This document shows positions 12,782 through 23,583 of a DNA stretch of 47,307 nucleotides, piece after piece. Where the stretch lies: assembly GCF_004010195.1 (NCBI RefSeq), contig NC_057758.1, positions 4,966,702-5,014,008 on the forward strand, written 5' to 3'. Under the pieces are notes generated by a model. The model saw only the letters and a list, made by a program, of their open reading frames with translations, had not been told where the DNA came from and did no database searches. The position numbers and the translations under genes were made by a program. The DNA is from Chiloscyllium plagiosum. Its lineage: Eukaryota. Numbering within the stretch: the stretch's first letter is position 1; the number at the start of each line of letters is the position of its first letter.

Positions 12782-13692
12782 CTAACTTGTTGGTCATTAT
12801 AATCCTGTCCAGAGGACAGTGTGGACTGTCACAATGCATCACCTACTACCTGGTGGCGATTGCGGTGGCCGATGTTCTGTTTATTATCACAGGATGCGTT
12901 CTCAACCGGATTGTCCGAAAATACTTTATAAACAGTGTCCTGTCAACCACTCCTGGCTGCAGCCTCAGCACCGTGCTGGTCTATGCCACTCAAGATAGCT
13001 CGGTCTGGTTGACTGTGGCCTTCACTTTCGACCGTTTTGTGGCCATATGCTCACAGAGAATGAAGAACAGATACTGCACAGAGAAAACTGCCACAATGGT
13101 CGTCGGAATAGTCTGTGCCCTGAGTTGTATCACGAACGTGCCTTTATACTTCGTGTACAAACCCCTGTTTACCATGGACAGTGTTCCCTGGTTCTGTGCT
13201 GTTCAGGACACCTTCTACACATCGTCAATTTGGAAAGCATACCACTGGCTGGATCAGATCCTAACGCCATTTCTTCCATTTTTTCTAATTCTTTTGTTCA
13301 ACATCCTGACTATAAGACACATCAAAGTGGCCAGCAGAGCCCGCAAGAGGCTCTGCAGTACTCGGCTTGGTGAAGATACTGAGTTAGCCAGTCGCAAGCG
13401 GTCCATTGTCCTACTCTTCGCCATTTCGCTGAGCTTCCTCCTCCTATGGGCCACCTATGTTGGACATTTCCTCTACGTGCGGGTTACAGGAGAGCGCTAC
13501 ATCACAAGCATGGATTTCAATGACCCAGAATACATCTTTCAAGAGATGACCAACTTGCTACAGCTACTCAGTTCCTGCAACAACGTTTTCATTTATGTGG
13601 TTTCCCAGAATAAATTTCAAGAGGAGACGAAGAAACTGCTGTTGAGTCCCATAAAAATGTTTGCTGTTTTCTTTAAAGTGTACCATCAATAA
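12782..13692 (+). CDS. GPR139/142-like orphan class A GPCR, coding exon 2 (end of TM1 to C-terminus; spliced protein 326 aa)
   Basis: Acceptor ...atatccaatag|CTAAC at 12780-12781. Uninterrupted ORF with TM2 LVAIAVAD, TM3 WLTVAFTFDRFVAIC, ECL2 Cys (PWFC), TM5 LTPFLPFFLILLFN, TM6 FLLLW, TM7 LLSSCNNVFIY and helix 8 KFQEE. TAA at 13690-13692. Confidence 0.93.
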
Positions 13693-13693
13693 A
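13688..13693 (+). terminator. Candidate polyadenylation signal overlapping the stop codon
   Basis: CAA TAA A forms AATAAA, followed by U-rich sequence. Confidence 0.35.
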
Positions 13694-14059
13694 ACAACAT
13701 TCCTTCTATTTTTGACCTCTTATTTGTCCCTCAGTGTGGCACAACATGCAGGACTCTCCCGCACATAATACAAATTTGTCAGTTCATGACCAGTGCTTGA
13801 TTAATGCACAATCCATACTGCAACCGTTATCGTTCCCTGTTCCCAGTAATGTGGCATTTTTGAAATATCAGTCGTACTGTCATCCAAGAGGAGATGCTGA
13901 AACATGTTTCTGTCTGCTTCCTCAGATGAAGTGCAAAATATCCCACATTCGCCATTTCATCAACATTAAACTTCCTTGCAGGCGACTTTGCAAATATTTG
14001 GCTAGCATTTAAGAGTATTCAAATTTATTTAGGATTTTGAAAATGTCTTTGTGAATACA

Positions 14060-14180
14060 ACATCACTTTCTTTGTCTTTTTTTTGTTTACACTGTCTTCT
14101 TCGTTCACTTTCTTTCTTTCTCTCTTTTGTTCTGTTTTTCTTTCTCACTTTCTTTCTCTCCTTCTTTCCTTCTTATCAGT
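14060..14180. repeat. Pyrimidine-rich (CT/CTTT) low-complexity tract
   Basis: Near-pure T/C run. Confidence 0.75.
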
Positions 14181-14429
14181 CCATCAGTTTTTGGCCAAAG
14201 CTGAATTGACTGATGTCCATCAAGTCGATGCCTATCGAAGATAACGACTCTTAAATTTATTTGCAAGCTTTTCTATAGAGCTTTATTGCTGAATTGTTGC
14301 TACACCAAAGTACTATTGTTATTTCTTTATTTTTACAAGGTCTGTTCTCATTCGATTACTTTCCATTTACTGTCGCTCTTGTTTTGTCATTATTCCCAGA
14401 TTATTTGTTCTCTGCTTGGCCACTGGATT

Positions 14430-15910
14430 AACGGTTATGGACTTAGTATTGCAAATGGAACACTCTGCAATGGACCTGCTGGGTTGCAAACTCCAGCACT
14501 CATTGTACTGTCATCCACAATCTTTGACACACTGCATGTGCTCGCCAACTCCAAATCACTCACATATCTTTTGAATAATTGCCGTCCGAACACTGATCCC
14601 TGAGGCAGTCCACTGGTCACTGAGTGCTGACTGGAAACCATTTATTTTTGCCGGCGTTTTCCTTCCTGTTAATTAACCAATACTCTATCTCTGCTATCTC
14701 TGCTAACTGTAACGCCTTGAATCTTTATCTTACGCAGCAGCCTTTTGTCCAGATCCTTGTCGAATGTGGTTTGGAAATTTCGATGCACCGTATCTACTTG
14801 GTCCCCGTTGTCCACAGTGTTCATAATGTCTTGAAGAATTGAAGTAGATCGGTTAAGCATGAACTGGCCTTCACAAAGACATGCTGTCAAATGGAACAGC
14901 TTATATATAGATGCCTTGGTATTTCTTCCTTGATAAAAATCTCAAACATTTTTCCCACGACAGAAGTTAAACTAATTGGTCTATCGTTTCCACATCTTTC
15001 CCCAGTCTCCCTTTTTAAACGGTGTCACCACATTTGCTGCTTTCCATTCTGCCGGAACTGCCCCAGAATTCAGTGAATTTTGGAAATTTATCACAAGTGC
15101 ATTTGGTATTTCTCCCGCCATCGTTTGTATTCGCCTGGGCTGCATTCAGTCCAGGCCAGGAGACTTGTCTACCCTGAGCTCTATTAGATTGCCTAACATG
15201 GTCGCTTCTGTGATAATGATCTTTCCAGGTCCTCATCTACCTTCACCTTTTGTCTATTACTAGCATTTTTATTCGTGTCTTCCAATATGAAGACCGACAC
15301 AAAATACCTGTTCAATACCCTGCCATTTCCTCATACCACAGCAGTAAATCTCCTTCTCACCCTCCAAGAGACCAATGTTTACTTTACCCAATCTTTCGTT
15401 TATTATATTTCCAGTAACCTCTGCTATTTGTCTCTCCTCTAACCTAGTATTTTCTCATAATCTATGTACCTTTCTTGAGACGTCTTTTTCAGGCTTTCTG
15501 TTGACCGATTAAGCTTTCCAAATCTGCGAGGTTCCCTCTGATAATGATCATTTTAATGCCTTCCCTTTCAATCTGATAACCTCCTATTTCCTTCGACAAC
15601 CCTGACAGATTACCCCTAACCTAACATTGATATTTTCACTGGTGTTAACTTTGCTGAACAGGGCTGATACTTTGAAAAACATGCTTTGGAAGTCTTCCAC
15701 TGTTCGTCAGCTGTACCACCATGACATCTTTGCTTCTAGTTACTTTAGTCAACTCCCCGCTCATCCTGTTTTAGTCTCCCTTGTTTAAGGACAAGATCCT
15801 GGTATTGGATTTTCCCATCACAATTTCTGTCCATATTCCAAAATCAACCATACTGTGATCACTCTTTCGAAGGGGGTCCCTCAATATGATGTCATTAATT
15901 ATTCAAGAAG
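14430..15910 (-). mobile_element. Decayed CR1-type LINE ORF2 (RT region)
   Basis: Minus peptides VTSGLPQGSVFG, VSKIVDD (FADD-like), NFQTTFDK (DFxKAFDK-like) and WGSSGRMESSKCGDTV. Confidence 0.85.
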
Positions 15911-16540
15911 CCTCTTCAGATGATCAGTTCCCAGCCACCGTCCACAGTTGACATTTCTGTCCTCCAGGAAGTTGGTATCTGTTCATCCAGGACAACCTTA
16001 TGTAAGGATTGGAATCAAAAAAATGTGCGTGTTGATTACAAAAGAAGCTTACATTGACAGAGTGCCACCTTCAATCACAGGCGATCTCAAAGCATTTCAC
16101 TTTTAGCGAGCCACTTTCAGAATTGGATATTCTGCTGAATACTTGAAGAGCCATTCTTGCAGAATGAGATCCCGCAGACAGTAGATCTGACAATATTTGC
16201 ACCATCTGTTTTCAGTGAAGTTGTCTTAAGGATAAATAGAGGGAATCAGACACGGGGTTAAATTTTCTCCTTTCCGCCCTCCTTCCAATTGTAATCATTT
16301 GATTGTTTATATCCTGAAAGGATAGATAGAGCCCTCAGGTTAAACCTTAACACAATGTCAGTAGTTTTATCTTTTTGATTTCAAGACTTCGGGAGTCTGA
16401 TATTTTTCAGACATTTTTTAAATACACATGGTTTGCTCAGCAGATGTAAAAGAAAAAGAGAGCCATCAAATTCTATACGAATAGATGTTGTCTAAAAAGA
16501 GACAGGTTTTGCAGCTAAAACCCATTGGACGACATCAAGT

Positions 16541-16866
16541 GGGCGGCACGGTGGCACAGTGGTTAGCACTGCTGCCTCGCAGCGCCAGAGACCCGGGTTC
16601 AATTCCCGACTCAGGCGACTGACTGTGTGGAGTTTGCACGTTCTCCCCGTGTCTGCGTGGGTTTCCTCCGGGTGCTCCGGTTTCCTCCCACAGTCCAAAG
16701 ATGTGCAGGGTCAGGTGAATTGGCCATACTAAATTGCCCGTAGTGTTAGATAAGGGGTAAATGTAGGGGTATGGGTGGGTTTCGCTTCGGCGGGTCGGTG
16801 TGGACTTGTTGGGCCGAAGGGCCTGTTTCCACACTGTAATCTAATCTAAATCTAAATCTAAATCTA
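16541..16866 (+). mobile_element. Full-length HE1-like tRNA-derived SINE
   Basis: Pol III A box TGGCACAGTGG and B box GGTTCAATTCC, core gtgtggagtttgcacgttctccccgtgtctgcgtgggtttcctccgg, LINE-like tail gggccgaagggcctgtttccacac and a terminal (AATCTA)n repeat. Confidence 0.93.
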
Positions 16867-17289
16867 AGAGTGATGCGTCTACAACATTCTGTAAATGCCC
16901 TCTGACACAGGTACTCAAATATGCATTTCCTTTCGCCGGGAACCCTCCTAATATCAAAGCTTTGGTTAGGATTAATCAGCTCTATTAGTACGTTATGTCA
17001 TTCATATGTCTGACATAGTCTTTCCAAAACAAAGTTCTTGACTCTGAGTTAACGTGATCATGGCAAGTGCATTGCTGAAGGTCCGAATAAATGGTTTGAG
17101 ACGCATTTTTAATTTCAGGAAAAATGGATTTCTCCACACTTACTCCGGAGAATCTCCAGGTCAATTCCATCTCAATTGGAGAAGAATCACTTGCGAAAAC
17201 GCCGGCCATTTGGTGTTTCTCTGACGATCCCAAATGAAGAGTAATCATTCTCATAGTTAGGAGCATGTGAAAATTCGAGCAAACCACCC

Positions 17290-17930
17290 ATTCACCTCCG
17301 TACTTTATCCATCAATGTTAGAGATAGTGTGCACAGCATTGGACTATTGAATCACTTCAGGACACACAAGACTGATATGGACGAAGGTCATCCTTCACTC
17401 TTAGGTCAAAAGAAGGGGTGGGCTTTCCAAAAGGCACTCTGTGGCCGACCACTTCAAATTCACTTCCGCTTCAACAAGAACGTTCAAGTCCAGGGTTTCT
17501 TCCACCGCCAAATCCAAGAATCCTGTCGACTCGAGGAAGAACGCCACATTTTCTGCTTCGGGGCCCTTCAACCACACGGCATAAATATCGGCTTCAGTAG
17601 TTTGCAAATGACCCATCTGGCAACATCATCCTAGTTCCAACACCCAAACTCGGCACCGCCTCTTGTCCTGTCCCACCTGCCCATCTTCCTTCTACCCTAT
17701 ACGCTCCATCCTCACCATCAACCTATCACAATCACACCCAACCTGCATCCACCTATCACCGCCCCAACCACCTTCCGCCCAACCACATACCTCCCCTCTT
17801 ATTTATCTCTCAATCCTTTCCCCACCCGACTTGTTAAAGAAGGGTTTAAGGCAGAAACGCTGGCTCCCCTGCTTCTCAGACGTTTCCTGACCTGCTGTGC
17901 GTTTGCAGTGACACACTTTTCGACTTTTGA
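17290..17930 (+). mobile_element. Decayed Penelope-like element 3' part (GIY-YIG C-terminus and 3' UTR)
   Basis: Peptide RLEEERHIFCFGALQPHGINIGF matches the LEE..I..LGTLxPxGxN ending of PLE endonucleases. A decayed hammerhead-like aagaagggtttaaggcagaaacg follows at ~17836-17860. Confidence 0.7.
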
Positions 17931-18344
17931 AAAGGGCAGCTTTATAAGTACAGGATAGGCATTCAGCATAGATTATTCTAGATGCTATGAATATATCGCT
18001 CAGTCTAAAAGTATCAATCAATAAATCCCAATACTTCCTCGTTGTCTATGTTTTGTGCGGATATATCGGTTTGTAATACATCCTGCTTTTCCCCCAAATC
18101 TCCTTCGGTGAAAATGCTGATTTTCGGCTTCAGCTTCACAGTTACTTCACACAAGAATAGAAAAAGTCCAAATACCAGGAGCAAATTCAGGCATTCCAGC
18201 CTACCCCTCCATTTAATATAGTGATAGCTAATCTCAACTCTGTTTCACCTTCAAATATTATCAATTAAAATTCTGGATCACTTCATTAAATTTACTCAGA
18301 ATCCTGGCATTTCCCACATGTAGACTCACATTGTTATAGCGTAT

Positions 18345-19825
18345 TACTGTGTGGAAACAGGCCCTTTGGCCCAAAGTGGTTCATGCTGACCACAGTGCCC
18401 AGGCAGCCAGTTCCTATTGCCTGCATTTAATCTATATCCACCGAAACCATTCCCATCCATGTACCTATCCATTTTTATAATGATACTATTGTACCTGCCT
18501 CAAACACTTTGGTGGCAGCCCATTCCAGAAGAAGTTACCCCTCAGGTCCTTCCTAAATATTGCTCCTCTTAGCTCAAACCTTTGTGCTTTAGTTTTAAAT
18601 GCAACTTTCCTGAAAAAAAGACTACCCACATTCATCTACCTACATTCATTCTCATGCTCTTCTTAATTGTATACACTTCAATAATGTCACCCCTCATTCT
18701 CCGAATTTCTCAAGAATGAGTCCTATCTTGGAAACACTCTCCAAATAGCTCAGGACTATCAATCCTGGAAATATCCTCATAAATCTTCTTTGCACATTTT
18801 ACATATTAATTGTGTCTTTCGTTTAAGGGTGTAACGAAAATTTTGCACAAACCCCAGGTGAGGCCTCATCAATGCCCTGTACAACTGTAAAATAACGTCC
18901 CAAATCCTATACTCAGTGGCTTCACCCATGAAGACCAGCGTGCTGAATGCCTTCTTCACAACCCTGTCCACACGAACGCTGCTTACAATGAACTATGTAC
19001 TTCTACTCCTCGGTCCTTCTGTTCCACAACACTCCTCAGTACCTTACCATTTATTGTATACATCATTCATTGGTTTGACATTCCAAAATGCAACATCTCA
19101 AATTTCTATGTACTAATTTGCATTTGGCAAACCTTTGCTCACTTCCCCATCTGACAAAGATCACTCTGTAATTTTTGATAACTTTCCTCGTTATGAGTGA
19201 TACCTCCTAATTTTGTATCATCCGCAATCTTACTAATCTTGCATTATGCATTCACATCCACATCGTTAAAGTCAATAACAATAACAGAGATCACAGTATC
19301 GACTCTTGTGGTACACCTACTGGTCACATGCATCAAGTCTGAGAAATAACCCTCAATCATCACCCTTTACTTCCTGCCATGGAGTGAACGTTGAATCCAA
19401 TTACCTCACCCTCACTGGATTCCATGTAACCTAACCTTCATTACTGTTCTGTCGTACAGGATCTTGTCAATGGTCTGACGAAAGTCCATGTTGACAACTT
19501 CCACTGACCTAACTTCATCTATCCTCTTGGTTACCGCTTTGAAAAACTTTGAAAGGATTATCAGGTATGACTTCCTGTGCACAAATCCATGCTGATTATA
19601 CCGAATAAGAGTTTGACTATTGAAAAATTGTTTGAACCTGTCGCTCTATATCCTCTCCAATAACTTGCCTACCACTGATGTAAGGCTCACTGTGTTTTCA
19701 TTCCCTGGCTTGTTTTTGCTAACTTTCTTATAAAATAGAACGACATTAGCTATCCTCCTTTCTGCCATAACTTAACCAGTGCCTCATGGTGAAGTAAACA
19801 TATCTGTAAGTGAATCCCCCAGATT
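18345..19825 (-). mobile_element. Decayed HER1/CR1-type LINE, RT through 3' end
   Basis: Peptide MDRVVKKAFSTLVF..ILQLYRALMRPHL, FADD-like segment near 19215-19230, and a 3' tail at 18349-18372 matching the SINE tail. Confidence 0.88.
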
Positions 19826-21926
19826 CCGAAGAGTTTGAGACTTGTATATTGCCAAACCCAGCTCGGGCTTAAATCGTTCCCCCTTTATTCCTCTCCCTCT
19901 CACATATGGTTCGATATCTATTTCTTTTATTACAAGACTGTTTCGCTGTGGGATTGTCACAGTAAACTTCAAAAACGTCCAACATTTCCTGACTTCCTCC
20001 ACCACGTACTTTTCATCTATTTCCCAGTGACAGAAAACAAGTGGCTAGCAGCAGAATGCAATTCCTGAGGCAAGGAAACGGGGAACAACACATGTGCGAA
20101 ATCAGAAAGGGAATTTGCACATTGATGAGGCGGACTTGGTTCAGAATGTATTTCCCTGCGTAATTGGCTGGAGGACTGCAGCACTCTGTTGTTGTTTGGT
20201 CACGGTTTATTCCTTACGTCATGGAAACCAAAGCTCGTTCCACTGTCGTCACAATACAGCAATGGACCAATGATAACTGCTGAAGGAACGGATGCGCTCT
20301 GGCCCTCCACCCATTCAGAGTTCCTCGATTTTCTGAGCGCTACCATTGAATAATGAGCTTCTGAAGCGGTACTTTCCTGATCAGCGAATGTACTGCTGCT
20401 ACTACTCTCTCTGAATGAAGGTGGAACTTTACCCAAACTGAAACTTCCCCCTCTGTACATCATCTGGCAACACAACACTGGTTTTTATATTTCATGTCCT
20501 TTTCCTTGTTGTGTTGGGCCTGTATCATGAAATTGTAGAAACTGAAAGGAAAGGAATTAAATCCAGGAAAGAAGCAGGTGACTGTCAAGGAGAACAGTTG
20601 GTGAGCGGGATCTGTTAATCACCAAATTCAGGAGAATGGGGAGGTATACATTAGGTGATTTTACTGGTCCTCGGAAGCTGCCTGAACTGCTTTTGCAGCA
20701 CCACTAATCCAGAGTCTGGTTTCCAGAATCTGCAGTCATTGTGTTTATCTAGGTATACGTTAGTGACAGAAGAGTGAAAACTGTGGATGCGTGTGGCACG
20801 GAGGATTACAGATTTGAGGGAAGATTGAAGAGAAAGCTATTATAAAGATACTGGAAGTGTCAGTTCTGAATTTCAAACCTGAGCTTATTATTTTTATCAT
20901 TTATCTTAAAGGGTGCCCAATGGAAAAACTTAAACACAGAAATATTCTCCGACCGAACTCCCATCTGATCTCTAATGCTCCCTTGTTTCTTCTGTTTAAA
21001 GAACCGTTGTTTTTTGATGTCTTTATTCGAGACTCCGCAAACAAAATAAAAGCTCATAAACAGTAATTACTGCTCCAAATAATCGGCGAAATCAGCTCCG
21101 CACTGAAAAACAATCTGAAAGCAAAGGAGCAGTTCTTACAACCCTGATTCACTCCCATCCTCCATCCTGACTGCTTCTTGTTCACACAGACCATACTTGT
21201 TTCTGGCTGGATGAGGTTTTCTCTGGTTTTTAACCTTCCAAATAAAAAGGACACCCATCAGGTGGAGAACCAGGAAATTTGAGGACTGTTGGAAGATATT
21301 TCATTCCTTTCCAGTACTGGAATTTCAGCGACGTTGTCACACAAGGGAGAGGCCATTCACCTATTCGTAATGTGAAAGGCAATCCCTGCCTTATCTGTCC
21401 TATGAAAGCACGAGCCTGCTGTGACCAGCATCAATGGCAACATCGAACGGTTTCAAGAAAAAAAAATGGATGTAGCTGAAGCAGGTGCAGTGTATCTCAG
21501 TTGTTTTTTTTAATTCTCAAATGCCTGCTGGCATTATTCTGTCGATCTAAATTTTCTGTTATCAATTAATTAGTCTGTTAACATTGGCACCACGCCACTG
21601 AAGTTTGGAACAAATCTCCGGTGGAATCAACTTTGTCCGAAAAATCGAAGCACCTTTTTCTTCAAGGATGGTCATAGAAATTTCTCAATAACATTTGTCT
21701 TCGCGTTCCTTGGACTTAGCCTTCCATGACTCATATTGTGTCTCAGGGACGTCACACCTGTCTTCTTGAATTCTGTTATCTTCAAGTTTATTCACAGTTT
21801 TCTTTTTCTCGTAATCGTTCAAAGAGCTCATCCAGCTATAACATGTGATCTTTCCATGACTCGCAAAAGATTATTACTTCATCCAGGTAAACTGCACACT
21901 TTGTTAATACAGTCATAATTCTGTTC

Positions 21927-22137
21927 TAATTTGGAAATGCCGGTGTTGGACTGGAGTGTACAAAGTTAAAAATCACACAACACCAGGTTATTGTCCAACA
22001 GGATTAATTAGAATCACACTAGCTTTCGGAGCGCTGCTCCTTCACAACCACCTGATGAAGGAGCGATGCTCCGAAAGTTACTGTGCTTCCAATTAAACCT
22101 GTTGAACCATAACCTGGTGTTGTGTGATTTTCAACAC
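21927..22137. mobile_element. Palindromic Penelope-derived insertion with a decayed hammerhead (duplicate at ~25527-25736)
   Basis: Inverted arms aaaatcacacaacaccaggtta.../...taacctggtgttgtgtgatttt. CTGATGA-A-GGAGC-GAT-GCTCC-GAAA at 22052-22076. Flanking direct repeat TTCTGTTC (21919-21926 / 22138-22145). It interrupts the gypsy RT frame. Confidence 0.8.
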
Positions 22138-22275
22138 TTCTGTTCATGAGTCTTTGCAGTGTGGCAGGTGCTTTCTTCATTCCAATGTTTGTCAATTGGG
22201 ATTCATGCAGCTCATTTGGATTTATAAACGAGGAAACATTTTTTGCTTTCTCTGATAAAGATATCTACCAATAAA

Positions 22276-22592
22276 CATGCAGTGAGTCCAAATTTGGGCA
22301 GCACGGTAGCACAGTGGTTAACACTGCTGCTTCACAGCGCCAGAGACCTGGGTTCCATTCCCGCCTCGGACAACTGTCTGTGTGGAGTTTGCACATTCTC
22401 CCCGTGTCTGTGTCGGTTTGCTCCGGTTTCCTCCCACAGTCCGGAGATGTGCAGGTTAGGTGAATTGGCCATGCTAAATTTCCCGTTGTGTTAGTTGTAG
22501 GGGAATGGGTCTGGGTGGGTTTCTCTTCAGAAGGTCGATATGGACTTGTTGGGCCGAAGGGCCTGTTCCCACACTGTAAGTAATCTAAAAAA
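22276..22592 (+). mobile_element. HE1-like SINE inserted in the gypsy RT
   Basis: Homologous to 16541-16866 (A/B boxes, core, tail). Confidence 0.9.
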
Positions 22593-23083
22593 AGACTCCA
22601 ATGATGTTATCGGTAGGAATGCGATTTTGTTAGAGTTGACCTTCCGATAGTAAACATAAAATCTTGAATCCTATCAGGTGTAACAATTAACATCATCGGC
22701 GAATTCCACTCACTCTGACTCGGTTCAATGATATCTTCGTTCAGATTCGCATCCATGTCCTTCTGGATGGGTGTGGCTTTCAGAGGATTAAATCTGTCAG
22801 GGTTTTGATTTTCGGAACGGCACTTCCAACTTCTGCCTTGTACACAATAGTAGAGGTCCTCCCCATTATATTCTAGCATGTGTCCACGTACTATTGCGTG
22901 GACCTTTCAACTCAGTTCTTTACTCCAAAGAGAGAGAGTGATCGTTTTCTAATCCCTCCCACTCCTCAAGGACTTCCTCATTATTTCACGTGTTTTGAGA
23001 CACATCAAAATTCATAACATTCTGATTTGATTACTCTGTGTGCCGGGAGAAAATAACGCCAGCTTCTCCAGTTCCTTGTCTCT

Positions 23084-23583
23084 NNNNNNNNNNNNNNNNN
23101 NNNNNNNNNNNNNNNNNNNNNNNNNNNNNNNNNNNNNNNNNNNNNNNNNNNNNNNNNNNNNNNNNNNNNNNNNNNNNNNNNNNNNNNNNNNNNNNNNNNN
23201 NNNNNNNNNNNNNNNNNNNNNNNNNNNNNNNNNNNNNNNNNNNNNNNNNNNNNNNNNNNNNNNNNNNNNNNNNNNNNNNNNNNNNNNNNNNNNNNNNNNN
23301 NNNNNNNNNNNNNNNNNNNNNNNNNNNNNNNNNNNNNNNNNNNNNNNNNNNNNNNNNNNNNNNNNNNNNNNNNNNNNNNNNNNNNNNNNNNNNNNNNNNN
23401 NNNNNNNNNNNNNNNNNNNNNNNNNNNNNNNNNNNNNNNNNNNNNNNNNNNNNNNNNNNNNNNNNNNNNNNNNNNNNNNNNNNNNNNNNNNNNNNNNNNN
23501 NNNNNNNNNNNNNNNNNNNNNNNNNNNNNNNNNNNNNNNNNNNNNNNNNNNNNNNNNNNNNNNNNNNNNNNNNNNNNNNNNNN
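23084..23583. other. Assembly gap (500 N, probably a nominal size)
   Basis: Run of N of round length. Confidence 0.99.

Larger units (their letters stand above)
19797..23083 (+). repeat. Segmental duplication, copy 1
   Basis: Colinear with 23584-26675, with an extra ~200 bp at ~19830-20027. Confidence 0.95.
21350..23083 (-). mobile_element. Gypsy (Gmr1-type) RT/RNase H remnant, duplicated part
   Basis: Minus peptides IIEPSQSEWNSPMMLIV, GMKKAPATLQRLMNR, CAVYLDEVIIFCESWKDH, FHRRFVPNFSGVV and KPFDVAIDA. Confidence 0.85.

Noticed and set aside
12787..13692. GPCR as a single-exon gene starting at TTG 12787
   Set aside because: TM1 would be incomplete. A canonical acceptor and an in-frame upstream exon explain it better.
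12782..13692. Assigning the symbol GPR139
   Set aside because: Only family-level resemblance is visible; orthology cannot be shown without phylogeny or synteny.
16541..16620. tRNA gene
   Set aside because: The A/B boxes belong to a SINE head that continues into the SINE core and tail, and it is multi-copy in the window.
22049..22085. Active hammerhead at this locus
   Set aside because: The forward arm is mutated after GAAA (GTTACTG versus GCTAGTG in the other arm), and the inverted arm lacks the full CTGATGA.
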